Assembly: GCF_009914755.1 (NCBI RefSeq)
Contig: NC_060927.1
Direction: 5' to 3' (one strand)
DNA length: 64,000 bases
DNA from: the human T2T-CHM13v2.0 reference genome, Homo sapiens
In this document: positions 32,658 through 57,250 of the stretch, one piece after another
Layout: the number at the start of each line of letters is the position of its first letter
Numbering within the stretch: the stretch's first letter is position 1
Program-made: the position numbers and the translations under genes
Notes under the pieces: model-generated
What the model saw: the letters and a program-made list of their open reading frames with translations, nothing else
What the model was told of the DNA's origin: nothing
Database searches by the model: none

Positions 32658-33922
32658 TAATACCATTCCAAATGTTTCTTTACTATCTTTCTTCCCCATC
32701 TCAGTAAGAGAATGGGAAACCTCAGGGTCATTGTGGCCTGTTACCTGGTAGCCTCTCATCTTGGCAGCCCCTATGCTTCCCAAAATAGGCATACTGCTAC
32801 CACAAATCCCATTCATGTATCTTTTGCATGCAGTCCATCAATCTCCATAAGTTTAGGTAGTAAGCATGCTAGATCTCCATCGTTATCTTTACTGTATACT
32901 TTGGTCAAAATAGGCCTCTAGCTGCCTGTAGTATCTGTTAGTAACACTAGCCTGAGAGCACAGATGATATTGATTGATTGTGTCTTCGTTTCTAGGCCTT
33001 TAAATAAGTGAAGTGTCTTTCCCAGGTTGTTTGGTATTTTCATTGTGGCCTTAGCAGAGATTTAGAAAACATTGGGGTATGGCTTATGGCGAATGTGGGT
33101 TTTTTCCACTCCAGGTTACTTTCCCTCTTTGTTATAATGTCTTAGGAATCAGAAGTAGACAAGAGGCTAGCAACATGTATTCATGAGACAAATTTATTAC
33201 CTTCACTGTTGGATTAAGTTAGAAATGTCTGCCTCAGCTGTTTCAAAAAGTAATCTTGAATCACTTTAGTGTTCAGGTTTGGGTGACAGCAGGTTTCAAT
33301 AGAATCCATGTATACTTTTTTAAAACACTTCATCTATTGCATGTTACTTTGATTTGTAATTAAAATGGACACTGTCTCTTTTTTCCTTCTCAGAAAAATT
33401 TGTTCTGACCACTAAACACACTCTGCTGCTCTGCCCCCTTGTTTGCACTTCTCCAGATGTGTTTTTTGAGAAAGGTGAACATTTTAACCAATCTTACGTT
33501 TCCTATTCAGCTTTTCCAAGTATGAGGATTCAGAATACTTAGCTTTTATGAGTAACTAAGAGGCAGCTAGCAACATTGAAAGCAGAACTGTATTCTTTCT
33601 TACCCTAGACCTCTACTTTTGGAGCAGACCTCTTTCTGGGTGAGGGAAAAAACCTCCTGGTTACATATCAGTTATCTAGGGAAATTACTCTTTACCAGAT
33701 TATTTATGAAATTCTTTCAGCCAGATAATAAAGCAGCTGATTCAGGCCTTTCTAACTTGACTTTGTCTACTTGCAATTGACTTTGCAGTTTGCACCTAGA
33801 GCTTTATAGTAAGGTATCATGAGAGGAATTCTCCCTGGAGGGCATAAGATTATAGGAATAGAGTGTCATACTTTATCAATACAGGTTTTATTATAAATGT
33901 GGAATTATGAAAATTAGAAGGA

Positions 33923-35140
<1,218 letters not shown>

Positions 35141-36434
35141 CAACCTTACTAGATTAGTTTGGGGAAGGATATTTTTGAGAAGGAAAAAAGCATTCAGGAA
35201 AATGGTGAGAAGTCTTAAGTGCTAAGGGGAAGAAGGTAAGAAGATAAACAGTGGAAGAGAACAAGATCTTCAGGAGGGGAAAGCATCTAGAAAGAAGAGT
35301 GGAAGCAACATTGGGAGGACAAGCTTAGTTAGCCTCTCCTTTCTACCAGAATAACCCTCCCCTCCTATTCTTGCCCTGAGAGCCATACTCCACCCGCCAT
35401 TTCACACATACGTGCACCTAGATGTACACCACCCACTGTCCATGCCAAGTAAAATTCACAGCCAAAACCCTGCTTTGCTGAAGCAGCCTCATTTCCCCTA
35501 CCTCAGCATGTGCCTGCCACCTAGGCCACAGTTATTCAGAGTCTACATTAGGCACCCTCTCCTTACCTCAGCCCTAGCACCCCTGAGTCATTGTCACACT
35601 ACCACCTTCACTCTCTTCACGTGTTCCCATTTACATCTTTCCATTAAGCACTCACTGCTCAGTCTCTGTTATGGGACTGCTGCCTCACCTGAAAGTCCCA
35701 AGGTAAAGTCCTACCCTCTGTAGGATACAGGGACCTAAGTATACACATACATGCTTTTTCTGCTCTGTTGCCAAAAGTACAATGGATTTTACAAAATAAC
35801 ATTAATAGGGGTGGCTCAGGTCTAATTAGATTATGCCAAGAACCAACTCTAGCCTGTGAGCTAGGGATTCCATCAATCACATTTCCTGTAACTGTCATTC
35901 AAGAGGAACTGGCCATCTCCCTAACCATGTCAGCCCCCAGCACACTAATGTCTCCCCCTGGATAGCACTGGGAGGGCCTGAGGCATATAAGAGAATAAAG
36001 AAATGTGACAAGCAGAAGAGGCATTGGATGAAGGAACAAGGTCCATGTAAGGAGGAATAAGGGGTAGGGTGCCCCTCAATAACAAATACTGTAGGTTGCT
36101 AAACTCTCATCTAAAATACAAAGACGTATAACACTAAAATTTCACCAGTCTAACTCTTTCCTTGTATGTGCTTGAGATGTTTACTTACAGCATGAAACAT
36201 TATAACCAATTTATCCTTAAATGCTTTCAGAGATACCAGGAAGCATTTTAACAAGTCATTCTGTCCATTGAGATGAGTTCTGCAGTTAAATATTTCCCCT
36301 ATGCATTCTTATTCAACTTCCCCGCCCCCGAAAAAAGTTATGGCTAACATCTATGCTTGCTTTTATTTTTTGTTTTGTTTTGCTTCTTGACTTCGAGTAG
36401 ATGAATAATAACAAGATGCTTTTCCCTCCTCTAG

Positions 36435-36491
36435 AACATATCCTCCCCTGAGAGTTCCCCTGCGCATAGGCCCGAGTCCCTGTCACCCGAG
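36435..36491 (+). CDS. SETD5: Alternative 57-nt in-frame cassette exon (NISSPESSPAHRPESLSPE)
   Basis: tttccctcctctag|AAC acceptor, GAG|gtagtt donor, phase 0-0; continues FE-NISSPESSP as in KMT2E (recalled). Confidence 0.8.
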
Positions 36492-38359
36492 GTAGTTATC
36501 ACACCATCTCAATCACACTTGGAGGCTGAGAGTGAGTGTTCATGAATGTGTTCCTGAGTGTGTGGGGAGGGCTGGGGATCTGAGTCAGTGGGGTGATGGG
36601 CTGGAGGGCGGCCACTCAGTCACAGTAAGTTGAATGAGTCTTCCTGTGTGACTGTGACTACACAGGACTGTCAATGTAGATGGAGGAAAATGAAGGTAGG
36701 AGCGTGTGTGTTTGTGTGTGTGTGTGTTGTGTGTGTGTTTGGTGGGGTTGGTTTTTGCCGTTTGGGGGAGGGGGTGGCTGGAGTTCTATTAAAGAATAGA
36801 ATCTAGAAGTCAAGATGCTGATATGTGGTAGGAGCCTTGTTAAAGAAAGGCTAATAAATCAGGAAAGTTGAGTCAAAAGTTGTAAGAGCTGTTTTTTGAG
36901 TTGGGTGGTGACTTATGCCTTGTTCTAGGGTTAATCTAACAGCTCTGTAAACCAGATGTTTTGACCTTTGGTTGATAGATTGAGCAGCTTCTTCAGGAAG
37001 GGAAAGTCATTCTGTCTTTCAGCTTTCCTACATTTTCTCTGCAGCTCCTTACTGGGTGCACAAGGAAACCAAGTGAGTCCCTGGCTTTCTGTCACAGGCC
37101 ACCATTCTGCAATGGTTAGGATATGGTTGCTATACAAGTGTTATCTCTTTAGGATATCAGTAGAGTGGTTTTCTCACAAACCCTACTGCTGTGGATATGT
37201 CAAACTCAGATTTTAGTGCTAGAGTTTCTATTATAAGCTTTCAGATTTAGTAACATTAACTCTGAATCTATTAATACATGGGACCTTTTTTCTCTTGAAG
37301 AGAAAGTTAGAGTCTCTCAGAAATAGTCAACTGAACTTTAACCCTATCCCCTTCCAATAAAAAATTAGGGCATAATTCAGTGACAGTCTACTAAGTTCTG
37401 AATCAGTAGTAGTTCACAGGTTAATATGAAACTGAAAAAGGTTTTATTCCACTAGTATATTAGAGATTTTCTTGGTGTTTTGACTCTAGCTTGTTAGGAA
37501 AGTAAAGCTCTCTCTCCTCAGTTGTTAAAGATTCTAAGATAACGTAATTTGAAGACTGATATGGTATGGTATCTGGTTTTCTGGTACCATTCTTTGTCGG
37601 TTAGCTGTAGTTGACCTAGTGTTGGAAGTTTGGAGGTTATGATAACCAAATAGTAGGTGGGGTTTATTTTTGGTACATTTCAGCATTTCAGAATCTGCAG
37701 TGATGAGCATTAGTGGTCTTGTGGTATGTTGACGTACATTAGAGGATAAAGAAGAATTGAGTGGCCAGAAAGTTGTATGAGAAACACAGCTTCTTTAACA
37801 GTGAAAGTGAGTGAAGAACTGGTTGGTTGATGTCTTTAATGCCATCCTCCTTTACTGAACCAGTAACCTAAGTACTTGCCTTTCCGTCTACCTTCTCCTT
37901 CCTCCACCTTTTTCCCTTCCCCCCACCTTCCATCAATATTAATTTAGAAATTGATAACCCCGGAAGCCAGTTATCTTAAGACACCAGTCTCATCTTTGTT
38001 TTGTGCATGGGGCTAAGGTAAATTCCTAATTATACCACTTGTCCCTTAGTGTAGTACAAGGTGACTCAGCAACCTGATGAAAGGCTAAGCAGGCAAAATA
38101 GTCACATTTAGCCAATTACCTAATTCTAACTTTCCCAGTATTTCCCATCCAGAAAGACTTGAAAGCAATTTTGGAAAGGCCAGGATTCTTTAGTACTCTG
38201 GCCCATGTACACTGTTGCTACGTGGGACTTTTACAGAATATAATGGCTTTATCTGCTCTACTTCCGTCCCTCTTATCTTTCCCTGTTCACCTGTGTCCCT
38301 CTCCCCTCCTTTCTGCCCTTTGACTTTTTCCTTTCTCCCCTACCCCATGTCTCCGTTGA

Positions 38360-38899
<540 letters not shown>

Positions 38900-39626
38900 T
38901 AGTAGATATTCATAAGTTTCTGCTATGTGTTCCGCACTACTCTCAGACAAGTGAGACATAGTCTCTGCCAAATCCAGTGAAAGACAGGCTGTTTTAGTAC
39001 AACTTGGTGAATGTTGTAAATATTCAGCAAATGTAAATGCCTGTATGTGCCATATACTTGCTAGGCAATTGAGAGGTTAGAACAGTGAAAAAGAAATTTT
39101 ACCTATTATTTAGTGTGTCCCAAGTTCGAGGCACTGTATTAAGCTCTTTAAATGTGTTTTATCCTCACAGTAAGCCTATAAGATAGGCAATTTTCTATTT
39201 TGCACATGAGGAAACTAAGGCAAGTTGAGTAACTTTCCCGTGGTCACACAGCTAGTAAATGGAAGGACCAGGATACTACCCAGTTTGAGAGAGAAGGCTG
39301 GAGTGAGAGGCAGCAGGTTACTGATTTAACTGAATCTCAAACAATAAGTAGGAGTCAGCCAACCAACAATTGAGGGTGAGGTATGTTACAGTAGAGGGAG
39401 TAGAACAGGTAATTAGGTGGCACTCCATTGGCCAGGCAGCAGGCATGCAGTATGGTGCAAACAGTTGGATGTTGTTGTATCAGGTGGAAGGCCGGGGGAG
39501 CCAGGAGGAAAGTGCAGAGAGTGCTGGGCTGGGCCAGGCCATAGAGAGCTTGCTAATGGGTTGGGACTCCACTTCCAAGTAATGCCTGATCAAGAAGTCA
39601 CAAAGCCAAAAATATGCTTTTGTATA

Positions 39627-39790
39627 AGTGGTTCTCAACTAGGGGTGTTTGAGAATGAGTAGGAGTGTTTTGAATTGTCCCAGTGACTTGCATTTATTGA
39701 GCAGGGCCAGGGATGCTGAATGTCCTGTATAGGGGACAGTCCCATGTAATGGCCAAACATCTGTAGTATCCTCATTGAAATGAAACCTAG
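39627..39790 (+). mobile_element. MER20-family DNA transposon fragment
   Basis: agtggttctcaact...gggccagggatgctgaatgtcctg...ggacagtccc. Confidence 0.65.
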
Positions 39791-41151
39791 TGGTTTTTTT
39801 ATATTTTCATTATAATGATATTACCAGAATTTATTAACTTCTTTCCAAAATTATTTCTAGAAAATGCATATGCAAAACTGTCTATATTTTTGTTCCATTT
39901 GGACAGAAAAATGAGAACCCTAAGGGGATAGAAGGAGGAGGAAACATTGGCAGATAATTTGGATTAAGATAATAATTGATTTCGAAGATTGTTGCGTGAA
40001 CAGCATTGACTACCAGAAACAAACATGAAAACAATCTTTGGATTTCTGGTTTTATAATATTTACTATGTGCAAAAGTCATAGAAATTATGATATTTTATT
40101 TCAGAAACACTTCTGAAATTTATTGGGCACATTTAAGCATAAATTTAAGCATATGCCAAATTCTGTGCTGGATGTTAAAGATAAAAAGCCAGATAAACTT
40201 GGCCTTTGCCTTCCTAGAACTTATAGTTTAGTCAGGGAGCAATCAAGGCATGGTAATAGGTTCTACGGCCTGTGTAAGCAATGTGCCAGAACAACAAAGA
40301 GAAGGTGTACTAGGCAGGGCACGGATTATGGTGGGCAGGGTGGGATGGGAGGTCTGCTGTCAGGAAAGAATGAGCAAGCATTAGGGAGATGAAGGGGAAG
40401 TTAGGGAGAAGTTACCAAGTTGTTTTCTAGAGCTAGCTTGCTAAAATTATAAACTGGAAATAATAATTTCCTCTCTTTTTACATTAATTACATCTATGTG
40501 TAAGACAGAAACAGTAATAAATTCCTATTTATATCTTGAAAATTTGAACATATTTAAGTATCCTGGAGCATTGGGTTTTTCTTCTGTTTTGTTTTGTTTT
40601 TCCTTCTCTCTCTCCCTCTCTCTCTCCACCTACCTCTCCCCACCTCCCTCTCCTCCATCTCCTTCTCCTCTCCCTGCTTCTTTCTCTCAAACAGCTAACT
40701 CTAGGGGTTCCCAAGGAGTACAGAACAGCCATCAGTCACCTGGGAGGCTTTTTAAACTATACAAGCTTCCAATTCTCCCTTCTCTAGGTACTTCCATTGT
40801 TGCAAATAACTGTGATAGCATGCTTCTGTTACTGTGTAATGGTAACCTCACAAGTTTTTCTGAAGGCAGAAAAAAAGATGGTGGTCTAATTGGCAAACAT
40901 TCTTTAGAGACTTGCCTCCTAGTTTATTATCTTCCTCTTACCAATTTCCAGCTGCCTTAAATATGTAGCTGTGCTCAGATCTCTTTCATACTCCCCAAAA
41001 AAAGTTATCAGGGTTGGTGTCTGCTTTGTTTGCGTGGCTTGGCTAGTGGTTTACTAAGGTACCATCTTTCCTTCTTTCCCTGTTGCTGGTGATCCACTAA
41101 TGATATCCAGATAGAGTACCGTTTTTTGTTTGTTTGTTTTTTCCTTTCTAG

Positions 41152-41454
<303 letters not shown>

Positions 41455-42326
41455 TAAGTTTATATTTGATGTTTTATAGTTAAATTGGGGGTGGGGGGGA
41501 GTATATATCTAAGATCATTCCCAGTTTTACCTAAAATCTATGGGAACACTTGATGGGAACATCTGAGACAGCCAGCCAACAGTACCATCTGTCCTGTTCA
41601 GCTGATTTAATAATGTCAGCTGCAACCCCCCAGCTTTGCAGAATTAAGAATTACCAACATGCCTGTGGAGCAGTGCTTTGGATGACATGTAGTTATGGAT
41701 GCAGATGAGCTCTTTCATTTGGTGGGCACTAACACTGCCTTTCCTATTTCTCATTTCACATGAAAGGTGAGTCAAGAATCCAGCCAAGTTCCACATGAAT
41801 TAACAACAGATGTCTCTCTTCCACACAGCTAGCATATACAGAGCAAAAAGACATTCTGAAAGGATTTGTCTGGTTTAGGGGAGACCACAAATTTAAAAAT
41901 GAATAATACTGGTGGCAAATACTGAGGATCAAATGTGTGAAATAGAGAATGAAGCACAGGAGTTCAGGGATCTTGAACTGAAAAAAATAAGTCTGGGAAA
42001 GAACAGTCCTGGCTCAAATGTTTCATGTTCATTAATCTATGAAACCTTTATTAAACCAGTACTGTGTATCAGGCACATGATTTCCTAAAGGAGAAATTTT
42101 AACATTTTAAATGGGGGTTAAGGGAAGTTAACATCTTTAACCCACTTTTTCCTTGATTTCTTTTTCTTTAAAAGTGGTTGTTGTTGATGTTTCTCTTTTG
42201 TGCCTGACATAGTTGGAGGCAGAGGAAATACGTTGTTTTAAATTGGTTCTGAAGAAAGTAATGTTTAAGAGGATGTTTTAAGAAAATACACTGTGCACTG
42301 GTTAGGGCTTCATTTGTTTTGGTTAA

Positions 42327-42578
<252 letters not shown>

Positions 42579-42943
42579 TGAGGTGAGTCAGTTTCTGATG
42601 CAGTTGGGCTCCACCGCATGCTAGGTTCCAGCCCACTTATGCTCATTTGGGCTACCACATTTGTAAGATCTAGCATTGCTTGCTCTCTGTCTGCTCTTTT
42701 TTCCCCAAGGAATACCTTTCTGTAACTCTCATCTCTCCAAAGTCCTGGAAATCTACCTCGATGAAGGATGAAGAGAAAGAAGACGGGAATCACATCAGGC
42801 ATTTAGAACATAGCCCATAATTAACCACTCATTTTGCCCTTCTGGCATGCTGCACTCACCCAATTTGTCACAAAGAGAGCAGTACGGGTTGGTGATGGCA
42901 CTGGTGATTTAAATGAAAAATGGCTCTTTCTTACTTATTCTAA

Positions 42944-43078
<135 letters not shown>

Positions 43079-43398
43079 TGAGAAATTGCTGGTCTCTAGC
43101 CATAGGAGTGTGTTCTGGGTCCCAAATTGTCCTGGTCATCCTTTGCCATTGAGATGCTGTCTTTGCATATAGTTTCAGCAGCCTTGGAAATAAGTCATCA
43201 TCTGCTTGTCCTCAGGTAATAAATTATGCCAGAAGATGAATACGGTGATCAAAGACAGACATTTTACTGCCTTTGGTTTCCTAAAAAGAATACATGGTTA
43301 AAAGATGAAGAAAAAAGAATGTAGGGTATTATAAATGTTCACCAGCCATTTAAGGGACTTGTTCGCGTCCTTATTCGTTTCCTCCCAACTTTGTCTAG

Positions 43399-44007
<609 letters not shown>

Positions 44008-44845
44008 GGCTTCTGGATTTGGGCAAACAGAACTGAATGAGCCCATAGCTGCTTCCTTCCAGCTGCCTCTGGAACCTAGGCCGAGCATATTGCTGAGGAA
44101 CGGGGGGTACAAGGTGCCAGAGGATTGGGTCTGGTGGACAAGAAACAAGACTTGTGGTCACAATTGGCCTCTGGCCTTGGAGAAAGCTGTAAATCTTGTC
44201 TGAAGCAGAGACTATAAAGAAGTTTCTCCCTGCTGTCAAGGGTACATTGTTGACAAGCAAATGGTGTTTCGGTTAGTAACGGTTCTAAGTGCAATGAGTT
44301 GTGTTGAAGCCTCCGTCTCCCATCCTTGCCTGTAGCCCGTAGTCACTTGTGCAGTGAGGACATCTTTTTAAATTTAAAAAAAAAAAAAAAAAAAGTTTTC
44401 AAAGGAAAAAAAGTTAAAAGAGCCAATCTCAAAGCCCCAAGCCATCTGAGTACTGTTAGGGTTTTATGCACTTAAGAAAAAAGGTAGGTATGTAAATGTT
44501 CATCCTAAGACAACCATTCCAAAAGCAGGTATCTGGCCAATGTGTGTCCACCAAGAATACTGTTTATCTTTGTCTTAAGATCACCAAGAAATAGGCAAGG
44601 ATAGTAAAGCTTGGAACCTGCACCAACTGGAGGGTGCCTGGCTCTTTGAAGAAAAGCTCATGGTCAGCTCTTGATTATTCGGGAGCAGATTATTTGAGTA
44701 GATTGTCTGAGCCTCCAACTGTTACCATCCTACTCCCCCTTCCCAAGCTATTTCACAGCTCAGTAACCCATGAAGTAAGTAGACAAGAAAAGGAGGAATG
44801 AGACATGATATAGGCCAATTGCATTGCTACTTACCAGCTTTTGGC

Positions 44846-44851
44846 AATAAA
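44846..44851 (+). terminator. Candidate proximal polyadenylation signal AATAAA
   Basis: Canonical hexamer in the 3' UTR with U-rich sequence ~45 nt downstream. Confidence 0.4.
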
Positions 44852-46032
44852 TTTCATTAGGAAGGATACCGAGTGGTTTGGGAATGCTTCGAATTTTATT
44901 TTTTCTACTCCCAATTAATCAGGAGTTGATGATCCCATGAGCAGGACCGCCTCCATGATTGGGGAGCATGCACTTGTGACTGCAGGGTAAGAGTGGGAAG
45001 ATAGGTTTGTGGAGTGGCACCGACAGGACTGTGATTGTGTGTGGGCCTGCCCCACATTTCTCTGGGGGATGCTTATGTGAGAGTGGGCCCAGTGAAAGAG
45101 TTACCAAGCCACCCACACCCCTAACACTGTTCTGGATGAGAGATGAGAGCAGACCGGCTTCTCCCCATCAGTGCATTGTGCCTGTTGTACACCCCTGGAG
45201 GAGCCCTGGAGCCAGCCCAGGTGGGGTACACAATCTTTTTAAATTCCATATGGTTGCCAGCTTATTTCTTTCACTTGTTTACTGTAATATCTGGCGTGTT
45301 TTTATTTATCTAATTTTGTATTCAGTTATAACCATGGTAGGGGTAGTGAATATATGACAGGTGTAATCCCTGGTGCTGCAGTGGACCTTCTTTTCTTTTG
45401 GACAAGATAATACTGTGAGTTTCCCTCCTTCCTTCCCTCTAATTTGTTTTCCTTTTTTCCCCAGCCTCTTGCATCCCCTTCTTTTCTACCCTGTCCTACA
45501 ACTATCATATGCACAGTCTTCTCTCTTTGTGTGTGACTGTTACAAAATTTCACTTTTCAAAATCGAAATCAGGTGTTTGCTCAAATGAGGGGAGATTTTT
45601 TTTTTTTTTTTTTTTTTAAATGCTGAGACCTCAGCAGAGTACTTTTCTTTTTGTTGTTTCCCCCACAAACCCATCAGTCTGGGAGAGCATTGGGAGTGGA
45701 AATCATGTTGCCTGGGATGCTGGTTTCTTTGTATATTATATAAAACGTATGTAAATGTCTCTCCATTTGGGCTGGGGTTTGCATTCTCCCCTTGGCTATT
45801 TAACCAAGGGGAGAGGCCAGCGGGCAGGCGGCCCTCACCCTGCCTGGCACGTGCAGAGACCCCAGCCACTCTGTGTGGGCAGGGTGCTGTCAAGACCAGA
45901 CCTCTTGGGGGGGTAGGGGCGGGGGGGTGGGGGGAACTCTTGGAAGGGAAGAAGTATCACTTCTTTCTCAAGTGGAGTGTTTACACCTTGCTGTAACATT
46001 TGAACTTTCACAAGAGATGTAATAATTTTGAT

Positions 46033-46038
46033 AATAAA
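46033..46038 (+). terminator. Distal polyadenylation signal AATAAA
   Basis: Upstream TGTA motifs; downstream cttctttgtccaattttgtg. Confidence 0.8.
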
Positions 46039-46765
46039 ATTCTTAACCATAATAATCATAAAGTTGAGAACTTCTTTGTCCAATTTTGTGGCCCTGCCTT
46101 GCCTGGTTTTCCTAATGCCATTTTTATCTGAGGAGAATGTGCCCTTGGTGGAGTTGTTTTGCCCATGATAATGGGGCCAGGAATACTGTCTGATCTTCCT
46201 TCGCTTTTTATGATTGCAGTCAGGACAGTGTGAAGGCAAACCTGCAGCAGGGCAAGTGAACATTAAAAACTGCCTTGAACTTGAGTGGTGTTCCTGACCT
46301 TGGCCTCATTCATTCAGCAACTATTTATTGGTCTTTTTCATTCAAAAACAATGCTGGACATTGTTTTTGGTGCTGGGCTTATGGTGATTAGAATGCTGAT
46401 TGGGGGTGGGCAAAGTAAGGTCTCTTCTTTCATGGAGTTTACATTCTAGTGGAGGAGAGAACTAAACTAGTATATAATTTTAAATAGTCATTGCCATGTT
46501 AATTGTTTCATAGCAGATATGTGACTAAGACAGTTGAAGGAGCCACTCTAGATTGGTTGGTCAAGAAAAGTCTCTGAGGAGTTGACATTTAAACTGAGAC
46601 TTCAGTGACAAGGAGGCAGTCCTGGGACGATGTGAGTGAAATTCATTCTTGAACGTTGCAGACTCTGTGGTAGAAAAAGCTTGGTTAAGATGTAATAAAT
46701 GGATGGGGCTGGGAAAGAGGATAGAAGATCCTGTAAGAGGGAGATAGGGGACAGATCATGTAGAG

Positions 46766-47136
46766 CAGGAGTCGGCAAACTCTTTCTATAAAGGGCCAGA
46801 TAGTAAATATTTAGACTTTGCAAGCCATGTATGGTCTCTGTCATAACTATTCAGCCCTTTGGCTGGGTGCGAATCATGCCTGTAATTCCAGCACTTTGGG
46901 AGGCCCAAGAGAGCAGATCACTTGAGGTCAGAAGTTCGAGACCAGCCTGGCCAACATGGCAAAACCCTGTCTACTAAAAATACAAAAATTAACCAGGTGT
47001 GGTGGTGCGCACCTGTAATCCCAGCTACTCAGGAGGCTGAGGCAGGAGAATCTCTTGAACCTGGGAGGAGGAGGTTATAGTGAACCAAGGTCACTCCACT
47101 GCACTCCAGCCTGGGTGATGGAGCGAGACTCTGTCT

Positions 47137-47168
<32 letters not shown>

Positions 47169-47301
47169 AACTATTCAGCTCTTCCATTGCAGTGCAAAAG
47201 CAGGCATAGACAGTATGTGGCTATGTTCCAATAAAACTTTATTTACAGGAAACAAGTGGCAAGTTGGATTTGGTTTGCAGGCTGTAGTTTGCTGGTCTCT
47301 A
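46766..47301 (+). mobile_element. MER58A DNA transposon interrupted by AluS (46861-47167)
   Basis: caggagtcggcaaact...aagggccagatagtaaatattt...ccaataaaactttatttac...gtagtttgctg; Alu TSD aactattcagc. Confidence 0.85.
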
Positions 47302-47748
47302 ATGTAGAACCTTGTAGGTATAATTTAAATAATCTGCATTCAGTAAGTACAGTGGAGGAGTCATTGCAGGATTTTAAGGAGAGAAGTGACATTGTCTAAT
47401 TTATATTTGGTTGATTTTTAAAAATTACTCTGATTGTTTTGATCCTGTTGGTGAAGAGATGAATAGGAGCTGAGAAACTGGTGTGGAAGGTAGAGCAGTT
47501 GTTCAGGCAAGCAACAATGCAGTGGTGGCTTCTATTAAGACGGTAATGATGGGGATAAGAAGTGATTGGAGTCAGGATATGTTTTGCAAGTACACAGCAG
47601 AACTTGCCAATGGATTGAATTGGCAGTATTCTAACATTTGTTTGACAAATGTTTACTGAGTAACTAAGGTAGACTGCAGTTTGCAAAGCACATAAGGGAT
47701 TCAAAGATGAAGATGCTATTTATTAGTTGAAGGAGTTTAGAAATGGAA

Positions 47749-48069
<321 letters not shown>

Positions 48070-48515
48070 TTATTAGAAGATCCCTCCAAAATGCCCTAGG
48101 AATACCTAGGTAACCTACCACCAACCACAACCTGATTCTACCTGGGTTAGGAAGAGAATAGTGTGCATGATCTTTAGAAAGTGTTTCCATATACAGTGTC
48201 TTATTTTGACTCATAATTCTGTGAAGAAAGCAAGCCAAATGCCAGAAGTTAAAGATGAGAAATTGAGACCTAGTACAGTGTTTCAGCTATAGCACTGGGC
48301 TTCTGATAATGAATAAAACTAACTGATTTCTGCCATAATTGGAAGGTTCTGTTCCATGACCATTGGCTGAACACCTACTGTGTGCTAGGCTATATCTGAG
48401 GTGCTGAGAATATCAAGGTAAGACAGTCAACTGCCCATTCAGAGTTAACCTATTTGCTATTCTTTTCAAGTACTTACTGTGTTGCTAGGGACTTTGCTTT
48501 TGATATGGTGTAAAT

Positions 48516-48705
48516 CAGAGGTGTCCAATCTTCTTGGCTTCCCGGGGCCACACTGGAAGAATTATTCAACATGTAAAATACACTAACAATAGCTAATGAG
48601 CTTAAAAATATATATATATTTTAAGAAAGTTATGATTGTGTTAGGCCGCATTCAAAGCCATCCTGGGCCACGTGCAGCCCGTGGTCTGTGGGTTGGACAA
48701 GCTTG
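48516..48705 (+). mobile_element. MER30 hAT DNA transposon
   Basis: Termini cagaggtgtccaatc...ggttggacaagcttg; 8-bp TSD gtgtaaat. Confidence 0.85.
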
Positions 48706-49224
48706 GTGTAAATAGAAGCTAGACAATATTAATTAAAGAGGCCAGTGCAACAGTGGCACCTTCTATGTCACTTTACACTTTCCTGGACTCCACTTAAGTC
48801 ATCAGCTACCTCATTTACATGTAACAATGTGCAAGGTAGGTATAAGTTCAGAAGATACAACTTATTCAAGATTTCTCTCTTTTAAGTGGCAGACCCAAAC
48901 CAACAGTTTTGGAAATTTTGCAGTTAACCCAGAAAACAAATAGAAACAGCTAGAGATGCTGTGACACTATGACCAGAAATCACTTACCTAGCTGAAAAAG
49001 TATATGGTACCCTTTACTGTCTTAAAAACAGCAGTCTGGCCCTTTTGCCCCCCAGGTGTCAGTTTGACAGTGTAGGGTTCTCTGTTTAGCAGAGGTTACC
49101 ATGAAGAAAAAAAAAAAATGCAGTTGTCCAAACGAAGCAGGCCCTTTGCTTTTAAACTGCACTGATGACAACCCGCATAATCTGCTGTGAGGCTCAGAGA
49201 AAGGAGTTGACCGAGGGTTCGTTC

Positions 49225-51098
<1,874 letters not shown>

Positions 51099-51149
51099 TT
51101 ATTTTCAAAAGTAACAAATATCTCAGGAAACCAGAAGTAGAGAGGAACT

Positions 51150-55850
<4,701 letters not shown>

Positions 55851-55854
55851 CTTG

Positions 55855-57075
<1,221 letters not shown>

Positions 57076-57250
57076 AAAGCTATAATTTAAGGAAAGTTTC
57101 CTGAAATATTTTAAACTACAAAGTGAAAGAGCATATTGCATACCTAGTAAATTCAATCCAGAATGATAAATAATGAGATATTACAGTAAAATTGTTAGAT
57201 TTTAAAAACAAAAAAATCTTAGGCAAATACACACACATATTTACACACAC

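Larger units (their letters stand above)
44008..46060 (+). other. SETD5: SETD5 3' UTR
   Basis: Stretch after the stop with no recognisable interspersed repeats, ending near AATAAA (46033) followed by a U/GU-rich downstream element. Confidence 0.8.

Noticed and set aside
35878-35910. ttcctgtaactgtcattcaagagg, loosely resembling a DIRS end
   Set aside because: No inverted partner or coding remnants found nearby.
36581-36876. AP-1 TGAGTCA motifs near the cassette exon
   Set aside because: Too few and too short to call an enhancer from sequence alone.
44377-44395. Genomic A-run in the 3' UTR
   Set aside because: Likely an oligo-dT mispriming site rather than a true 3' end; no upstream AATAAA.
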